This document shows, piece after piece, positions 17,501-26,622 of a stretch of 56,246 nt of DNA. A model generated the notes under the pieces. It saw nothing but the letters and a program-made list of their open reading frames with translations. It made no database searches and was not told the origin of the DNA. Source of the DNA: a virus (lineage: Duplodnaviria; Caudoviricetes); IMG/VR virus record IMGVR_UViG_3300029448_000047, positions 1 through 56,246 of that record. One strand, written 5' to 3'. Each line of letters starts with the position of its first letter. Within the stretch, counting starts at the first letter, position 1. A program made the position numbers and the translations under genes.

Positions 17501-18672
17501 GTCTCTCCAAGACCGCCTTTAACAAAGCCAGACTCGGGAACTAATTTAGCTAAACTATTGCGATGATCCGCCATCTTCTTTGCGGGGTTCCGCAGTTCTT
17601 TTGGAAGAGCCGATAGTGCCTTCGCTGCCTTGTCTCCTGAATTAGTTAAGTAAGCATAAAGATTGTTTGTTATGTTAACTTCTTCTAACTTTGATTTGTC
17701 TTTGGGCATTTTACTGAAGAATGCCTTACTAGCCTTGTCCAAATCATTTAGGTTTCTTTCGCCTTGTGAAACAGCAGTGCGAACTTGAGCCTCTACACCA
17801 AGTTGTTTTTCGGCCACGGCCCTAGGTAAAAATCCACCGTAACGAGAGGCTGCAATTAAATCTATCGCCTTGTTTTTAAATGTCCCAAACTCTTGTCCGG
17901 GTTCCGCGGTCATCTTTTTAACAAGGGTGTCTTCTATTTTTGTCCCAAGGTTAGACAGACCCTGTTGTAACTCTCTGCCAGTGCCTGTTTTCTTTAATTG
18001 ACCAAGGGTCTTGCCCAACCCAGCAAAGGCACCGGTTACTGCACCGCCAATCAACCCACCTTCAAGACCTATTTGTGTGCGTTTTGCCAAACGCAACAAA
18101 GCCTTGTTAGTTCCTGTCTCACCTACTAGATCGGAAGCATCTTGAGGCAGGCTATCAAACACATCAGCAATAACTGTGTTGTTATCATTGGACACCACAA
18201 AGTCTACGCCGCCCATAGCTGCGGCTTCTTGAGCCCCAAGAACTAGCTTTTCTTTTCCGGTCAATGCTCTCTTGGCTTTGGTTGCGGCTTGAACAGCTTT
18301 AGAACCTTTAGCCACGGCTCCTGCTACACCAAGCCCTGGTATTACAAACTGCCCTGTGACCTCGCCTATTGTTCCAGCAAAACCCTCCGGATCAATACCC
18401 ATGTCATCTTTAAATTCTTGAAAACTTTGGTTGAGTTTGGTTGTGGTGTCTGTCCCTGCTACAGCGTCTTTAAGTGTTGTTCCTAAACCGATTACGCCCT
18501 CAACTGCTCCAAGCCCTCCGGACAATAATCCTTCGCCCAGTTCTTTTGCTATTGAACCTTCAAGGAACGGACGATCTTCTTCTTCCACATCAACAGGGAC
18601 ACCTCCAAAACGATTTGTTGTTTCAACTTTTTGGGATACCGGTATTCCACCGAAACGATTTGTTTCTGCCAT
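14518..18672 (-). CDS. Large internal virion / DNA ejection protein (putative)
   Basis: 1384 aa, last gene of the late operon after tail and pilot genes; Ala/Gly-rich hydrophobic segments; NRFGG repeats at both termini. Confidence 0.65.
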   Translation of the reverse strand: MAETNRFGGIPVSQKVETTNRFGGVPVDVEEEDRPFLEGSIAKELGEGLLSGGLGAVEGVIGLGTTLKDAVAGTDTTTKLNQSFQEFKDDMGIDPEGFAGTIGEVTGQFVIPGLGVAGAVAKGSKAVQAATKAKRALTGKEKLVLGAQEAAAMGGVDFVVSNDNNTVIADVFDSLPQDASDLVGETGTNKALLRLAKRTQIGLEGGLIGGAVTGAFAGLGKTLGQLKKTGTGRELQQGLSNLGTKIEDTLVKKMTAEPGQEFGTFKNKAIDLIAASRYGGFLPRAVAEKQLGVEAQVRTAVSQGERNLNDLDKASKAFFSKMPKDKSKLEEVNITNNLYAYLTNSGDKAAKALSALPKELRNPAKKMADHRNSLAKLVPESGFVKGGLGETEIPDLGKTFNEVLNEGSEEYLRRDFKVFQDSKYIPDDETLDVARMYFKRNDKLTEKMLSEIKKADINNTLFTDDFIKRNGLTVSGGGDDLKVTVGGKVTDEVAKKARDAFLDQYRVLNRSTAKKGAGRVAKDRLDTGMFIQRKKIAPELRRLMGEVTDPREAYLKTIADLAQFTAVDSMQTSVANMAKNNDGIGRLFIGPEKVTSEAAKTALKNKGYVQLGGEGGIGSMAGPAAIQDVKKLDEMISRSGWGSLDGYYVPEDIYNSLTNKVWSEADAATQLFQGALNTFVRGKALSQYSKTILSPVTMVRNFTTGHAFMLANGNLPYAPLGRGASSADAFKLVAANIFKGGDDRVLELLMDAQNRGVIGTNAELREIQDALRKGIDRASDAPSTAIEGLLGKKAAGLAAKSKVAKAFGKAGYYAEGLYQGGDDVMKFMSYAAEEMKLAKALDTVDEKTAIKYLTKNGTDVPLDLSMTPSKDAYKELLKHRAAQIVRDTLPNYTKGASELVKFGRRLPFGNFITFPAEILRTGFNIVQQGLDDMYSGIPAIEARGRNRLMSFGATTIAAPVAAVEAAYQFSGVDREEMKAYKRSFAPQWEKGAVLVPVGKDEDGKIQYVNYSTLNPYDTLTRFMNRAMNEGDKAIKEGQDPADAVTNVMFSTMGEFFAPFMDEAIITEAAIDVYNAASRNNGRTKSGAQIFNSLDSNLTKGFKSFMHVANTMMPGFLPMDFKGGAPVAGRFSRGLVGTEEGTFFGIKSEDKFGRERTLLTELIRAGSGVSTLEFDPKKGLEFGGYRFQRGQTEAKQMFNRVADDSGTTASEFVDAFIKGNEAKLRNDKRYYQMFEDLRAMGLSDSEMRRVLKDSNIGSSARKVMRGQFDPFKVSSKNRKEMRKAGTQDEFRLVNKRINEIRKLMRGASLAPDDNPDVRAPNLDTQLEAAPVPAAPTGNRFGGVPVTAPTGNRFGGVPIPALPTLPPGPTVLPNPQDQEIQRRLNP

Positions 18673-18682
18673 GGTCTTGCCT

Positions 18683-19846
18683 TTATGGTTTTTTCAACAA
18701 GGTATCGCCGTCATAGTACTCTGAGCCGCTAGGAAGAGCGTCAAATTCTTCTTGAGTATTTATTGAAGGAGGGGTTCCCGCGCCGCCACCACTCGCAGGA
18801 GCCGCTGCCCCACCGCCTTGATTTGCAAACAAGTCATTAGCCATAGATAGTCCTTGCGTATATGCTTCTTCAGCATCAAGACCTTGTTTAATTAACTCTG
18901 CGGTAAACCTTGCGGCAACATCCGAAAATGGTTCTGCTTTAGAAAAAGCTCCTCCTGCCCCTGTCCGAGGCGTCAACGCTGCCTTCAGTCTCAACAGGCG
19001 CTCTGCTTCAGCGTTAGCCAACGCAGTCTTCTGAGCATCAGCCTCAAGAGCCATCTGAGTACCTTGCGCTTTGCCCATGGCTCTACCAAAGGCAGACGCG
19101 GCTCTGGGATCTTTGTCCGCGGCCATGCCAAAGAATGCCTCAGACTCCGCCATCTTGCCAAGATCACCCCTGACCTGTTTAAGTATTTTAGGAAGAGAGT
19201 TCTTAGGATTTATTTTAGGAAGTCCTAACTTAGAACTCACTTTATCCATTTCTGCTTTTAAAGGTTTGTCAGGGTCACCACCCCCCATGACAATTAAAGA
19301 TTTCGCTTTGCCAGTATCATCCACATCCGGATCATCAATGACCCCAATAGCTTGAACCACGGTCCCTGCAAGCTGGGTAATGTCTATTTGACCAAAGGGA
19401 GTTTCTTCCTCATAGACAGCATTCATTGGCCCCATAGGAGTAGTCTCTCCACCTTCCTGCATAGTCTTAACACCAGGGCGCATAGGATTAAGGTTAGGTT
19501 GCGGCTGTGGCTGTGGCTGTGGTGCTTGGGCCATCTGTTGTGGAGGAGGGGCCATGGGCATTGGTGCAGGAGGTGGTGCCATAGGCATAGGCATAGGCAT
19601 AGGCATAGGCATTGGTGCGGGGGCCATGGGCATACCATCGGCTCTTCCCGCGCTCATACCCTTAGCGACATCCATAGGTATGGCTGAGGTTTCCGGTCTG
19701 CGAACCGACTTCATCGCCTCATCAATCAAGGGTTGGCTGGATGCAAGTATGCCCGAAGGCTGATCGGCCCTAGCCAGTTGGTTAAGCCGCGTCCGAGCGC
19801 CATCCTTGCGTTGAAACAACCTCCGATTAAAGACCTCATTCTGCAT
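18683..19846 (-). CDS. Putative internal virion/ejection protein with Pro/Met-rich linker
   Basis: Position; MPMPMP and PQPQP low-complexity segment. Confidence 0.6.
   Translation of the reverse strand: MQNEVFNRRLFQRKDGARTRLNQLARADQPSGILASSQPLIDEAMKSVRRPETSAIPMDVAKGMSAGRADGMPMAPAPMPMPMPMPMPMAPPPAPMPMAPPPQQMAQAPQPQPQPQPNLNPMRPGVKTMQEGGETTPMGPMNAVYEEETPFGQIDITQLAGTVVQAIGVIDDPDVDDTGKAKSLIVMGGGDPDKPLKAEMDKVSSKLGLPKINPKNSLPKILKQVRGDLGKMAESEAFFGMAADKDPRAASAFGRAMGKAQGTQMALEADAQKTALANAEAERLLRLKAALTPRTGAGGAFSKAEPFSDVAARFTAELIKQGLDAEEAYTQGLSMANDLFANQGGGAAAPASGGGAGTPPSINTQEEFDALPSGSEYYDGDTLLKKP
19580..19612. repeat. In-frame hexanucleotide microsatellite (CATAGG)x5
   Basis: Encodes the MPMPMPMPMPM tract. 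Confidence 0.85.
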
Positions 19847-19858
19847 AACGTTGATCCT

Positions 19859-20944
19859 TTAACTATAACCGGAGAAGTTTTGATAGGCCCCAAGCCCCAT
19901 TGTATTACCTAAAACAGCGTTAAGTGGGCTGGGTGATGGCACAGTGGTTTGCGATAAAGTGCTGCTAGTAGACGGAACGCCACGGAAGATGTCAGACATG
20001 TAGCTAAATCTTCTAAAAGGCTCGTAAGCCTGTTCCATTTGTCCTTGCCGCTGCACATCAAATTCACGTTGCTGCTGCTGTTGCTCCAACGACCCGATGT
20101 TATAGAGCGCATTGACATCACTCTGTGCGGATGTCTGTGCTAGATTTCCTAATGCCGCTTCCCTAGCCCCCAAGCTAGCGATACCTTGGCCCAGTTGCCC
20201 AAAGATCTGGCTGGCCTGTTGGCCGCGGTTCATCTGGTTTTCAAAAGCAGACATGCCCTTGTTTGCCAAATCACTGCCCATGTTTACGATGCCCGTAGCA
20301 GCCCGACCTTCTCGAGCTAATTGATTTTCAAAAGCTTGGCGTCCACTTTCATAACCACTTCGACGCAGTTGCCCTGCTGTCCTGGCAGATTGTTCTAAAA
20401 TATCCCTGTTAAGCAAAGCGTTTTCTACAGCAAAACGAGATCCACCAAAAGCTCCCGCTCCAGCTGCGGCTCCACCAATTTGAGTGGCACGTTCTTGTCC
20501 CGCCTTTTGAATGTCAGCCAACGCCTGTTGAACAACGGCATCTTCATATGGGTTCATGTACTGATCGGCGCTATCTGCAAAGGTACGGGTTGTTCCGCGC
20601 AGTCCTTCTTGCCCCTCGGTCACATCACCAGCATAGCCGCTTAGATCAAAACCACCCATGGTTCCGCCTAATGCAGAAACACCAGAGCCATATGCTGTTC
20701 CCGCTGTATCGAAACTAGCCTCTGCCTCCCGCATCATGGGCTCGTAGGCGCCAATCCCTGCCCGACCAAGGCGGATTGCCTCTAGCTGGTTTGGAGTAAA
20801 CTGCATGACATCAGGTGCCGCTACATCTCCTAAAGGGGAAGTTTTACTTATATCTGTAACGTTAGCCAGCAGGTCTTTCAGATACTTCTCTTGGTACTCC
20901 GGAAGAAATATCCCACTTAACTGAGTTTGTGTCTGATCAGCCAT
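19859..20944 (-). CDS. Putative DNA pilot/ejection protein
   Basis: Gln/Ala/Gly-rich helical protein with YMNPY and GAFGGSR motifs typical of podovirus ejection proteins. Confidence 0.7.
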   Translation of the reverse strand: MADQTQTQLSGIFLPEYQEKYLKDLLANVTDISKTSPLGDVAAPDVMQFTPNQLEAIRLGRAGIGAYEPMMREAEASFDTAGTAYGSGVSALGGTMGGFDLSGYAGDVTEGQEGLRGTTRTFADSADQYMNPYEDAVVQQALADIQKAGQERATQIGGAAAGAGAFGGSRFAVENALLNRDILEQSARTAGQLRRSGYESGRQAFENQLAREGRAATGIVNMGSDLANKGMSAFENQMNRGQQASQIFGQLGQGIASLGAREAALGNLAQTSAQSDVNALYNIGSLEQQQQQREFDVQRQGQMEQAYEPFRRFSYMSDIFRGVPSTSSTLSQTTVPSPSPLNAVLGNTMGLGAYQNFSGYS

Positions 20945-20948
20945 GGCC

Positions 20949-21692
20949 CTATCCTATATTCCGTTGCATCGCGTACAATCGAGCGGCGCCTTTTTCTCTG
21001 TCCCCATCACCAACAGCCAGAACATCCTTCTCACGAAGAACAAACTCACCGTCAGACAACCGTGCTTCTTGTACCGGCTCTCCGTTTTGGTAGATCGTTG
21101 CGGGGATATCATCACTGGTGCCGGTCCCTGGTCCTTCGATCATGCCACCCTGCGCTGCGTAACGCATTGGAGTATAAACCTCACCTTTGTAATCGGGCAG
21201 TCTTTCTCCAGTAGCTAATTGTCTTTCTTGCAGGGGAGTGCTGGTTTTAACACCGTCTGGATATTGCTGTTCATCAAAAGCCTGTAACGCTAGGGACGTT
21301 AGCAACGGGTTGTCTCTCATTAAACCCAGCAAACCTGAGCTGCTGCTACTACCGCCGGCAGGTCCACCAGCAAATATGTTTCGACCCAGAGATGCAATCC
21401 CACCACCGCTGCCGCCACCCGCCATTCCGCTGAAAGGCATTGCTTTACCCGCCGCACCTCCCGCTTGAGCCAAGGCCGCGGGGCTTGCAGTGTTCATCAA
21501 GCCGGCACCTTGGAGGGCGCCTATACCAGAGGTAATTGCCGTACCGCCAAAGAACCCTTTTAAACCACTGCCCAAGATGTCTTTAAAGTCTCCACCCTGC
21601 GCGGCTTCAGTAGCACCTACAGCTAAAGCTGCGCCCAGTGGTCCGCCAACCGCAAGGCCGGCTAACCCAGCTAATGATTTTATAAGACCCAT
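20949..21692 (-). CDS. Putative internal virion protein
   Basis: Hydrophobic Gly-rich N-terminus; GPGTGTSDDIPA...LSDGEFV motif. Confidence 0.65.
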   Translation of the reverse strand: MGLIKSLAGLAGLAVGGPLGAALAVGATEAAQGGDFKDILGSGLKGFFGGTAITSGIGALQGAGLMNTASPAALAQAGGAAGKAMPFSGMAGGGSGGGIASLGRNIFAGGPAGGSSSSSGLLGLMRDNPLLTSLALQAFDEQQYPDGVKTSTPLQERQLATGERLPDYKGEVYTPMRYAAQGGMIEGPGTGTSDDIPATIYQNGEPVQEARLSDGEFVLREKDVLAVGDGDREKGAARLYAMQRNIG

Positions 21693-21719
21693 GGCTTAAA
21701 TCCTTTTGACATCATCTTA

Positions 21720-22040
21720 TCAGGTAATCTCCAAAATACTAGCTACAACGTGTAACCTGTCCGCCGTTCCAGCCGTGACTTTTAAGATTTCATCTGCTTG
21801 AACCACAAGTGGGGACGTTAGTAATTCAACCGTACCCTTGGCCCCAACAGCCTTGTCCTTATATAAACTAAACACGCTTGCTCCGCTAGTCAGCGTCAGT
21901 GTTAGAGTGTCGCCGCTGCCACTATCATCGGACACAAGAATAGATTTTACAATCGCAGTTGTAAACTGACCACATGTATACAACGTAGTTATGTCTGTGG
22001 TCGTAAGATCAACCTTTGCGTTTACATATGCGTTAGCCAT
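21720..22040 (-). CDS. Conserved tail-region structural protein
   Basis: Beta-rich 106-aa ORF in the tail operon. Confidence 0.7.
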   Translation of the reverse strand: MANAYVNAKVDLTTTDITTLYTCGQFTTAIVKSILVSDDSGSGDTLTLTLTSGASVFSLYKDKAVGAKGTVELLTSPLVVQADEILKVTAGTADRLHVVASILEIT

Positions 22041-22207
22041 CAGCCCATAAACCAGCTTAGGGCAGTCGTGTCATCATCTGCCACTTGTTGAGTGTTGTTA
22101 AACTGATTTAAAAAAACAGAAAAGGAACGAACTACCTCATTTAAATACTCTTGGCTGTACTCTTGAGGTGGTATCGGAAAGAACGGTGCTGGGGTGCTAG
22201 TAGCCAT
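22040..22207 (-). CDS. Small tail-region protein
   Basis: Translated by hand: MATSTPAPFFPIPPQEYSQEYLNEVVRSF..., coupled to both neighbours. Confidence 0.65.
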   Translation of the reverse strand: MATSTPAPFFPIPPQEYSQEYLNEVVRSFSVFLNQFNNTQQVADDDTTALSWFMG

Positions 22208-24411
22208 TATCTTCTCCCGTCTGGTCTAATATCTACACGAGGCACACCCAATCTCCAAAGGACATTTGCATCTGTAGATTGTAGCTTGAGTGTAAAGCTA
22301 CGGCCCCGTAACCTTGTAAAGTACTGGTTCGTGTACTGATCTACAGGCGTACTAGATGTTTTGGACACAGTGTTTGTTGAGGAGTTTTGATCAGCTTGGC
22401 CCGGAAAACTTTTGGTCTCCATAATAAAATCCATAGAGGACGTATCAACAGTTTCCCTAAAGTTAATGTCCGGTATTACTCTACTGATAAAGGAGAACTG
22501 ATTACCTTCCGTAATCGACATATCTCCAGACTCAATGAACGAGGTCATAGCCGCGCCGTCATCTTGTGCGCCCACTTCTTGGTTGTACAAGAAGTTGTTA
22601 GTTCCCGCTGCAAGAGGCAACGAAGAAATACCACGATCCAACCACGCCGTTCTAGCTAGGTTTCCTATAAACCAAAGCTTCTCAAGGTAATTGTAAACCA
22701 CATACCTGTCGTTCTCGGTTGAGTCCGCAGACGGATAAAACCACCACACCTCTGAGAACGACACGTTGGCTCCCGCAACGATCTTATCAGACTGAGCCGT
22801 GTTTATATCGTTAAACACATAGTCACGCACAGTGCAGGGTATTCTTTGAACCGCACCAGTAAACGCATAGAACTCTGCCGATCCCATCCAAAATACCGCA
22901 TCGTCCACCGCAACCGCAGCCTTGGGACTAGCGATGGTAATGTTTTCAGAAAGTAAAGTTATACCAAATGTGAACGGCGGTCCAAGGAATTGCATCGCGT
23001 GGATAGAAACATCCGTAAACACCAAGATCTGTTGTCGTGTTTCTACTGCCTGAATAATTTTAGAACCAGAACTTATACGCAAGTCACCCGCTGTATTGGT
23101 AGAGGTAGGATACCAATCTACAGGATCTTCTTGACTACTAAACCGGATCAACAAAGGGTCTTGGACCCCATTGCCGTCTGTCGCAGAAGAAGTCAGACCA
23201 AGACTGTCAGCGCCAAACGCAATTACATGCCTATCTCTGTCAGATAAAAGAACCTGCGTGGCTATGGTAGGAACCGAGGTTCGTGTGCCAAGGCTCAAGG
23301 CGCTATCTGTTAGGAACTTGGCTCGTGTACCTACACCATTTGTTTTGTCCCAGTAATAAATTCTGCCGTTTCTTTCATTTAACAACAGGTCTTCGCCAAA
23401 GTTGTCTTGTGTCCAAATACGTAGGTTTGCAGAAGGCGTGATTGTTCCTGAAACAAGGGCCAATCCCCAGCCAGAAAAATCGTCCGCTGTCTCCGCGTTA
23501 CCTGTTGCAAGTCTAACGGCAGAAACATCCGCATGAGTAGCGGCAGTGGTGCCTTTATGTCCTCTGGTGCAGCCTGTTAAATCGTTGGAACTTATGCCGC
23601 CCACCAGAATAAGTTCGTCATCTATAAGAACAATGTCACTGGCTACAATACCCGTAGTGTTAGCCACAGTGATAGTGGTGTCACTAGCAGAAAGTGTACC
23701 GCCTTCATTTACCGTTGTAGTAAGAGCGCCCGTAGTTGTTCCACCCCAAACTCCTGCGCCCCAACCCGTGCCAAACACTGAGCTATTAAGACCCGTACCA
23801 ATTTGATAGGTTCCTACAACACTACTACCACCGTTACCCGTATCACTAGCGTTAGCAGTGACGGCAGTGACGCTTATACCACCAGAAACAGTAACACTGT
23901 CTATGGTACTAACGGTCCTTGCAGATATTTTGTAGGTGTTGCCATCTACAACTTCTGTGACTTGATACTCTTGGTTAAGGACGTTCGCTGTAATGTTGCC
24001 GCCCAAAGAAGCCGCACCAGAGAATGTAACAAAGTCATTCGCTACACAACCATGATTGGGGTCGGCTACTGTAATTACGGACGAGCCGTTTGTAGCAGAA
24101 AAGGTAACGTCCCCCGCAGATGTTGTTTGCCTAACCGGAGTAACGTCTTTAAAATCAGTACCCTCTTTAATGTAGAACTTTAATTCTGTCCCAAGGCCCA
24201 AAAACTTTTCACCGCTCAATGCCACAAACTCGTGCATCCCACGGCATATTCCCAAGAAAGCGTTGTTGGTATTTTTTTCCCAGCCGTTTAACTTCTCAGG
24301 ATACCCAAACCGAAACCGTACTTTGTCACAATCTACCCAGCCGTTTTCTTCAGAATACGGAGTAGTTTCTTTGTTAATTCCGGGCTTAAATTTTAAGTTG
24401 GCTAATGGCAT
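22207..24411 (-). CDS. Tail hub/nozzle (stabilisation) protein, putative
   Basis: 734 aa; KPGINKE...DKVRFR start, IRFSSQED, ARTAW and final DIRPDGRR patterns of podovirus nozzle-like proteins. Confidence 0.7.
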   Translation of the reverse strand: MPLANLKFKPGINKETTPYSEENGWVDCDKVRFRFGYPEKLNGWEKNTNNAFLGICRGMHEFVALSGEKFLGLGTELKFYIKEGTDFKDVTPVRQTTSAGDVTFSATNGSSVITVADPNHGCVANDFVTFSGAASLGGNITANVLNQEYQVTEVVDGNTYKISARTVSTIDSVTVSGGISVTAVTANASDTGNGGSSVVGTYQIGTGLNSSVFGTGWGAGVWGGTTTGALTTTVNEGGTLSASDTTITVANTTGIVASDIVLIDDELILVGGISSNDLTGCTRGHKGTTAATHADVSAVRLATGNAETADDFSGWGLALVSGTITPSANLRIWTQDNFGEDLLLNERNGRIYYWDKTNGVGTRAKFLTDSALSLGTRTSVPTIATQVLLSDRDRHVIAFGADSLGLTSSATDGNGVQDPLLIRFSSQEDPVDWYPTSTNTAGDLRISSGSKIIQAVETRQQILVFTDVSIHAMQFLGPPFTFGITLLSENITIASPKAAVAVDDAVFWMGSAEFYAFTGAVQRIPCTVRDYVFNDINTAQSDKIVAGANVSFSEVWWFYPSADSTENDRYVVYNYLEKLWFIGNLARTAWLDRGISSLPLAAGTNNFLYNQEVGAQDDGAAMTSFIESGDMSITEGNQFSFISRVIPDINFRETVDTSSMDFIMETKSFPGQADQNSSTNTVSKTSSTPVDQYTNQYFTRLRGRSFTLKLQSTDANVLWRLGVPRVDIRPDGRR

Positions 24412-24420
24412 ATTAAACCC

Positions 24421-25164
24421 CTAGTAAAATTCTATTATTAACACAGAACCCGTGTAGCCCGAACTACTCGTCCAGCCCGGAACACCTGTATTAACACCAC
24501 CAACAGCGGCAGTTTCACAATTAGCGGCTAACGTATCTTCTTCGGGTTTTCCTGTGGAGCTAAAAACAGGCACCCCACTCCCAGCACCATAACTATCTGT
24601 TCTAGTGTACGCAAAATTAATTCCATACGGCGACAAATCAAAGACGCCAGCCACTTCATTACCGCTGTTACCTATTGCCCCTGAAGCACCGGGAGTAGTG
24701 CCACCTGAAGTTCCGCCGTTGCCACCTGTGCCGCATCTGCTACCACCCGCCGCTGATCCTCCCCGTGCATTGGTGTTGTACAAACTGCCAGAGGCCCCGT
24801 ACCCACCATTAGCAAGAAAATCTCCAGCGTAGCCATAACCGGGAATCATGTTAGAATTCCCACTGCTGATGACACTTGCACCACCCGCACTGGTAGTTCC
24901 CCCAGAAGTTATAGTTACAGGGTAACTGCTAGATAAAGATGACACATACTTTTCAGCATACCCTCCCCCACCACCCGAATTGGCGACATCATTTCCCACG
25001 CTTGGTTGAGTACCAACCGCACCAAACACCATGAACAGGGCTGATTTTACATCGCTACTGGGTGTATACGGCGATACCCCCACAGAAAATGAAAATACTT
25101 GGCTTGTGTAACGTGACCCACCACCCGCGCCAAATCCCAGTACGTTATATCCAAAAGAAGTCAT
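24421..25164 (-). CDS. Glycine-rich tail-associated protein
   Basis: MTSFGYNVLGFG start; Gly-rich domain ending GSVLIIEFY. Confidence 0.65.
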   Translation of the reverse strand: MTSFGYNVLGFGAGGGSRYTSQVFSFSVGVSPYTPSSDVKSALFMVFGAVGTQPSVGNDVANSGGGGGYAEKYVSSLSSSYPVTITSGGTTSAGGASVISSGNSNMIPGYGYAGDFLANGGYGASGSLYNTNARGGSAAGGSRCGTGGNGGTSGGTTPGASGAIGNSGNEVAGVFDLSPYGINFAYTRTDSYGAGSGVPVFSSTGKPEEDTLAANCETAAVGGVNTGVPGWTSSSGYTGSVLIIEFY

Positions 25165-26564
25165 TAAGCATCATTCTTTGCGTCTGTCGTAAAGAACAGT
25201 TTTATTCCCAACAACCGTGCGTCTCCCGTCTGTGAATCAGCCGATACATCTCGCATAATTTGAAAGTACGTTTGCGTATCTACCGCAGCACTAGCAATAG
25301 TAACTGCACCGCTTGTGTCAGAAACCATTAGGTCATTAGATGTGCCACTAAACGCCTTGGCAGTGGTTACAACATTGGTTCCAAACGCCGTGTTAATAGA
25401 ACCATCGTTTGCTATAGAAACCCCCGACAAGCCCCAAGCCACTGTGCCTGTATCTGTTCCTGTAACAGTCCAAAAAGGTTGAAACGTAATCGTGCCTTCG
25501 TTCCAAGATTTAGGAAAGCACACGGTAAACTGAGCATTTTCATCAGAGCTTGGATCAAAGTCTAACACTTTTATTTCTGGGCCATTTGATAACTCAACTT
25601 GAGTAGCAAAGGCACAACCATTTGTAGTGTTTGGATACATAGCGTTTGATGGAACATAAATAGTTTCCAGACCCGCAACTTTAGCTGCTGCGCCATCAAC
25701 TGTTAAAACGTCTGCTTCTAACGTACCATCAATGTCTGCATTACCCGATATATCTAATGTTGCGGCATCTAGCTCACCTGACAAGGTAATGTCAGTGGCC
25801 CCTGTAATTGCGCCATTTAAAACCACTGCACCATCAATGTCTATCGTTGTTGCCGCGATTTGAATTTCGGTGTCTGCAACGATATCAAGCTGACCATCCG
25901 CACTGGAATTAATGTACAGGCCCGTATCTCTAAACTGTATTTTATTATCGGTTGCTATAGTTGTAGCTGCAGCAATATTTACCGCTCCATCAATATCTAC
26001 GATATCTAAATTAGTGGTGCCATCAATATCAACATCGCCCGTAGCTGTAATATTTCTAAAGCCCGTAATGTCTTTGTTGGCATCAACAACAACCGCCTTA
26101 CTAGCGGTCACCGTACCCGCAGTAACACCGTCCAACTCTGAGATACTAACAAGTGAGGTGAAATCAGTAACAGCCGCCCCCGATCCTGCACCATCAGCTA
26201 AAATAATAGCCGACTTTCCAGCAAGTATAGTGACGTTCGATCCGGAGCCTTGCGTAATAGACAGGCTTTGGTTTGTGCTGTTGAGGATCATATACATTCG
26301 AGCTTTGTCGTTTTGCTCTAATGTAACCGTGCAAGTTCCGCCCGGAGTTCCAGTAAAGTTTATTGCCTTGTAATGTCCGTTGGACAAAACAGCCGTAGTT
26401 GATAACGCCAGAGTGTAAGAAGTACTGGACAGAGAGATAGAAACAAAGCCGTTCGCAGCACGATCTATAATGTCGAAGTTGTTGTTGGTGCTATTGCCCC
26501 ACGAACCCGATTCATCCCCCGTGGTTATTTTCTTAATAGCGTTAGATGCGGTGTATGTAGCCAT
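25164..26564 (-). CDS. Tail fibre/spike protein
   Basis: TGDESGSWG..TNNN N-terminus; DIDG-type internal repeats. Confidence 0.7.
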   Translation of the reverse strand: MATYTASNAIKKITTGDESGSWGNSTNNNFDIIDRAANGFVSISLSSTSYTLALSTTAVLSNGHYKAINFTGTPGGTCTVTLEQNDKARMYMILNSTNQSLSITQGSGSNVTILAGKSAIILADGAGSGAAVTDFTSLVSISELDGVTAGTVTASKAVVVDANKDITGFRNITATGDVDIDGTTNLDIVDIDGAVNIAAATTIATDNKIQFRDTGLYINSSADGQLDIVADTEIQIAATTIDIDGAVVLNGAITGATDITLSGELDAATLDISGNADIDGTLEADVLTVDGAAAKVAGLETIYVPSNAMYPNTTNGCAFATQVELSNGPEIKVLDFDPSSDENAQFTVCFPKSWNEGTITFQPFWTVTGTDTGTVAWGLSGVSIANDGSINTAFGTNVVTTAKAFSGTSNDLMVSDTSGAVTIASAAVDTQTYFQIMRDVSADSQTGDARLLGIKLFFTTDAKNDA

Positions 26565-26622
26565 GACGGGACCTCAACTATAAATATGCTTGGATTATAC
26601 CCATGCCAAGTCATTTAATCAA

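Noticed and set aside
19580-19612. Phase-variation switch at the CATAGG microsatellite
   Set aside because: The unit is 6 bp, so slippage changes linker length only, not the reading frame
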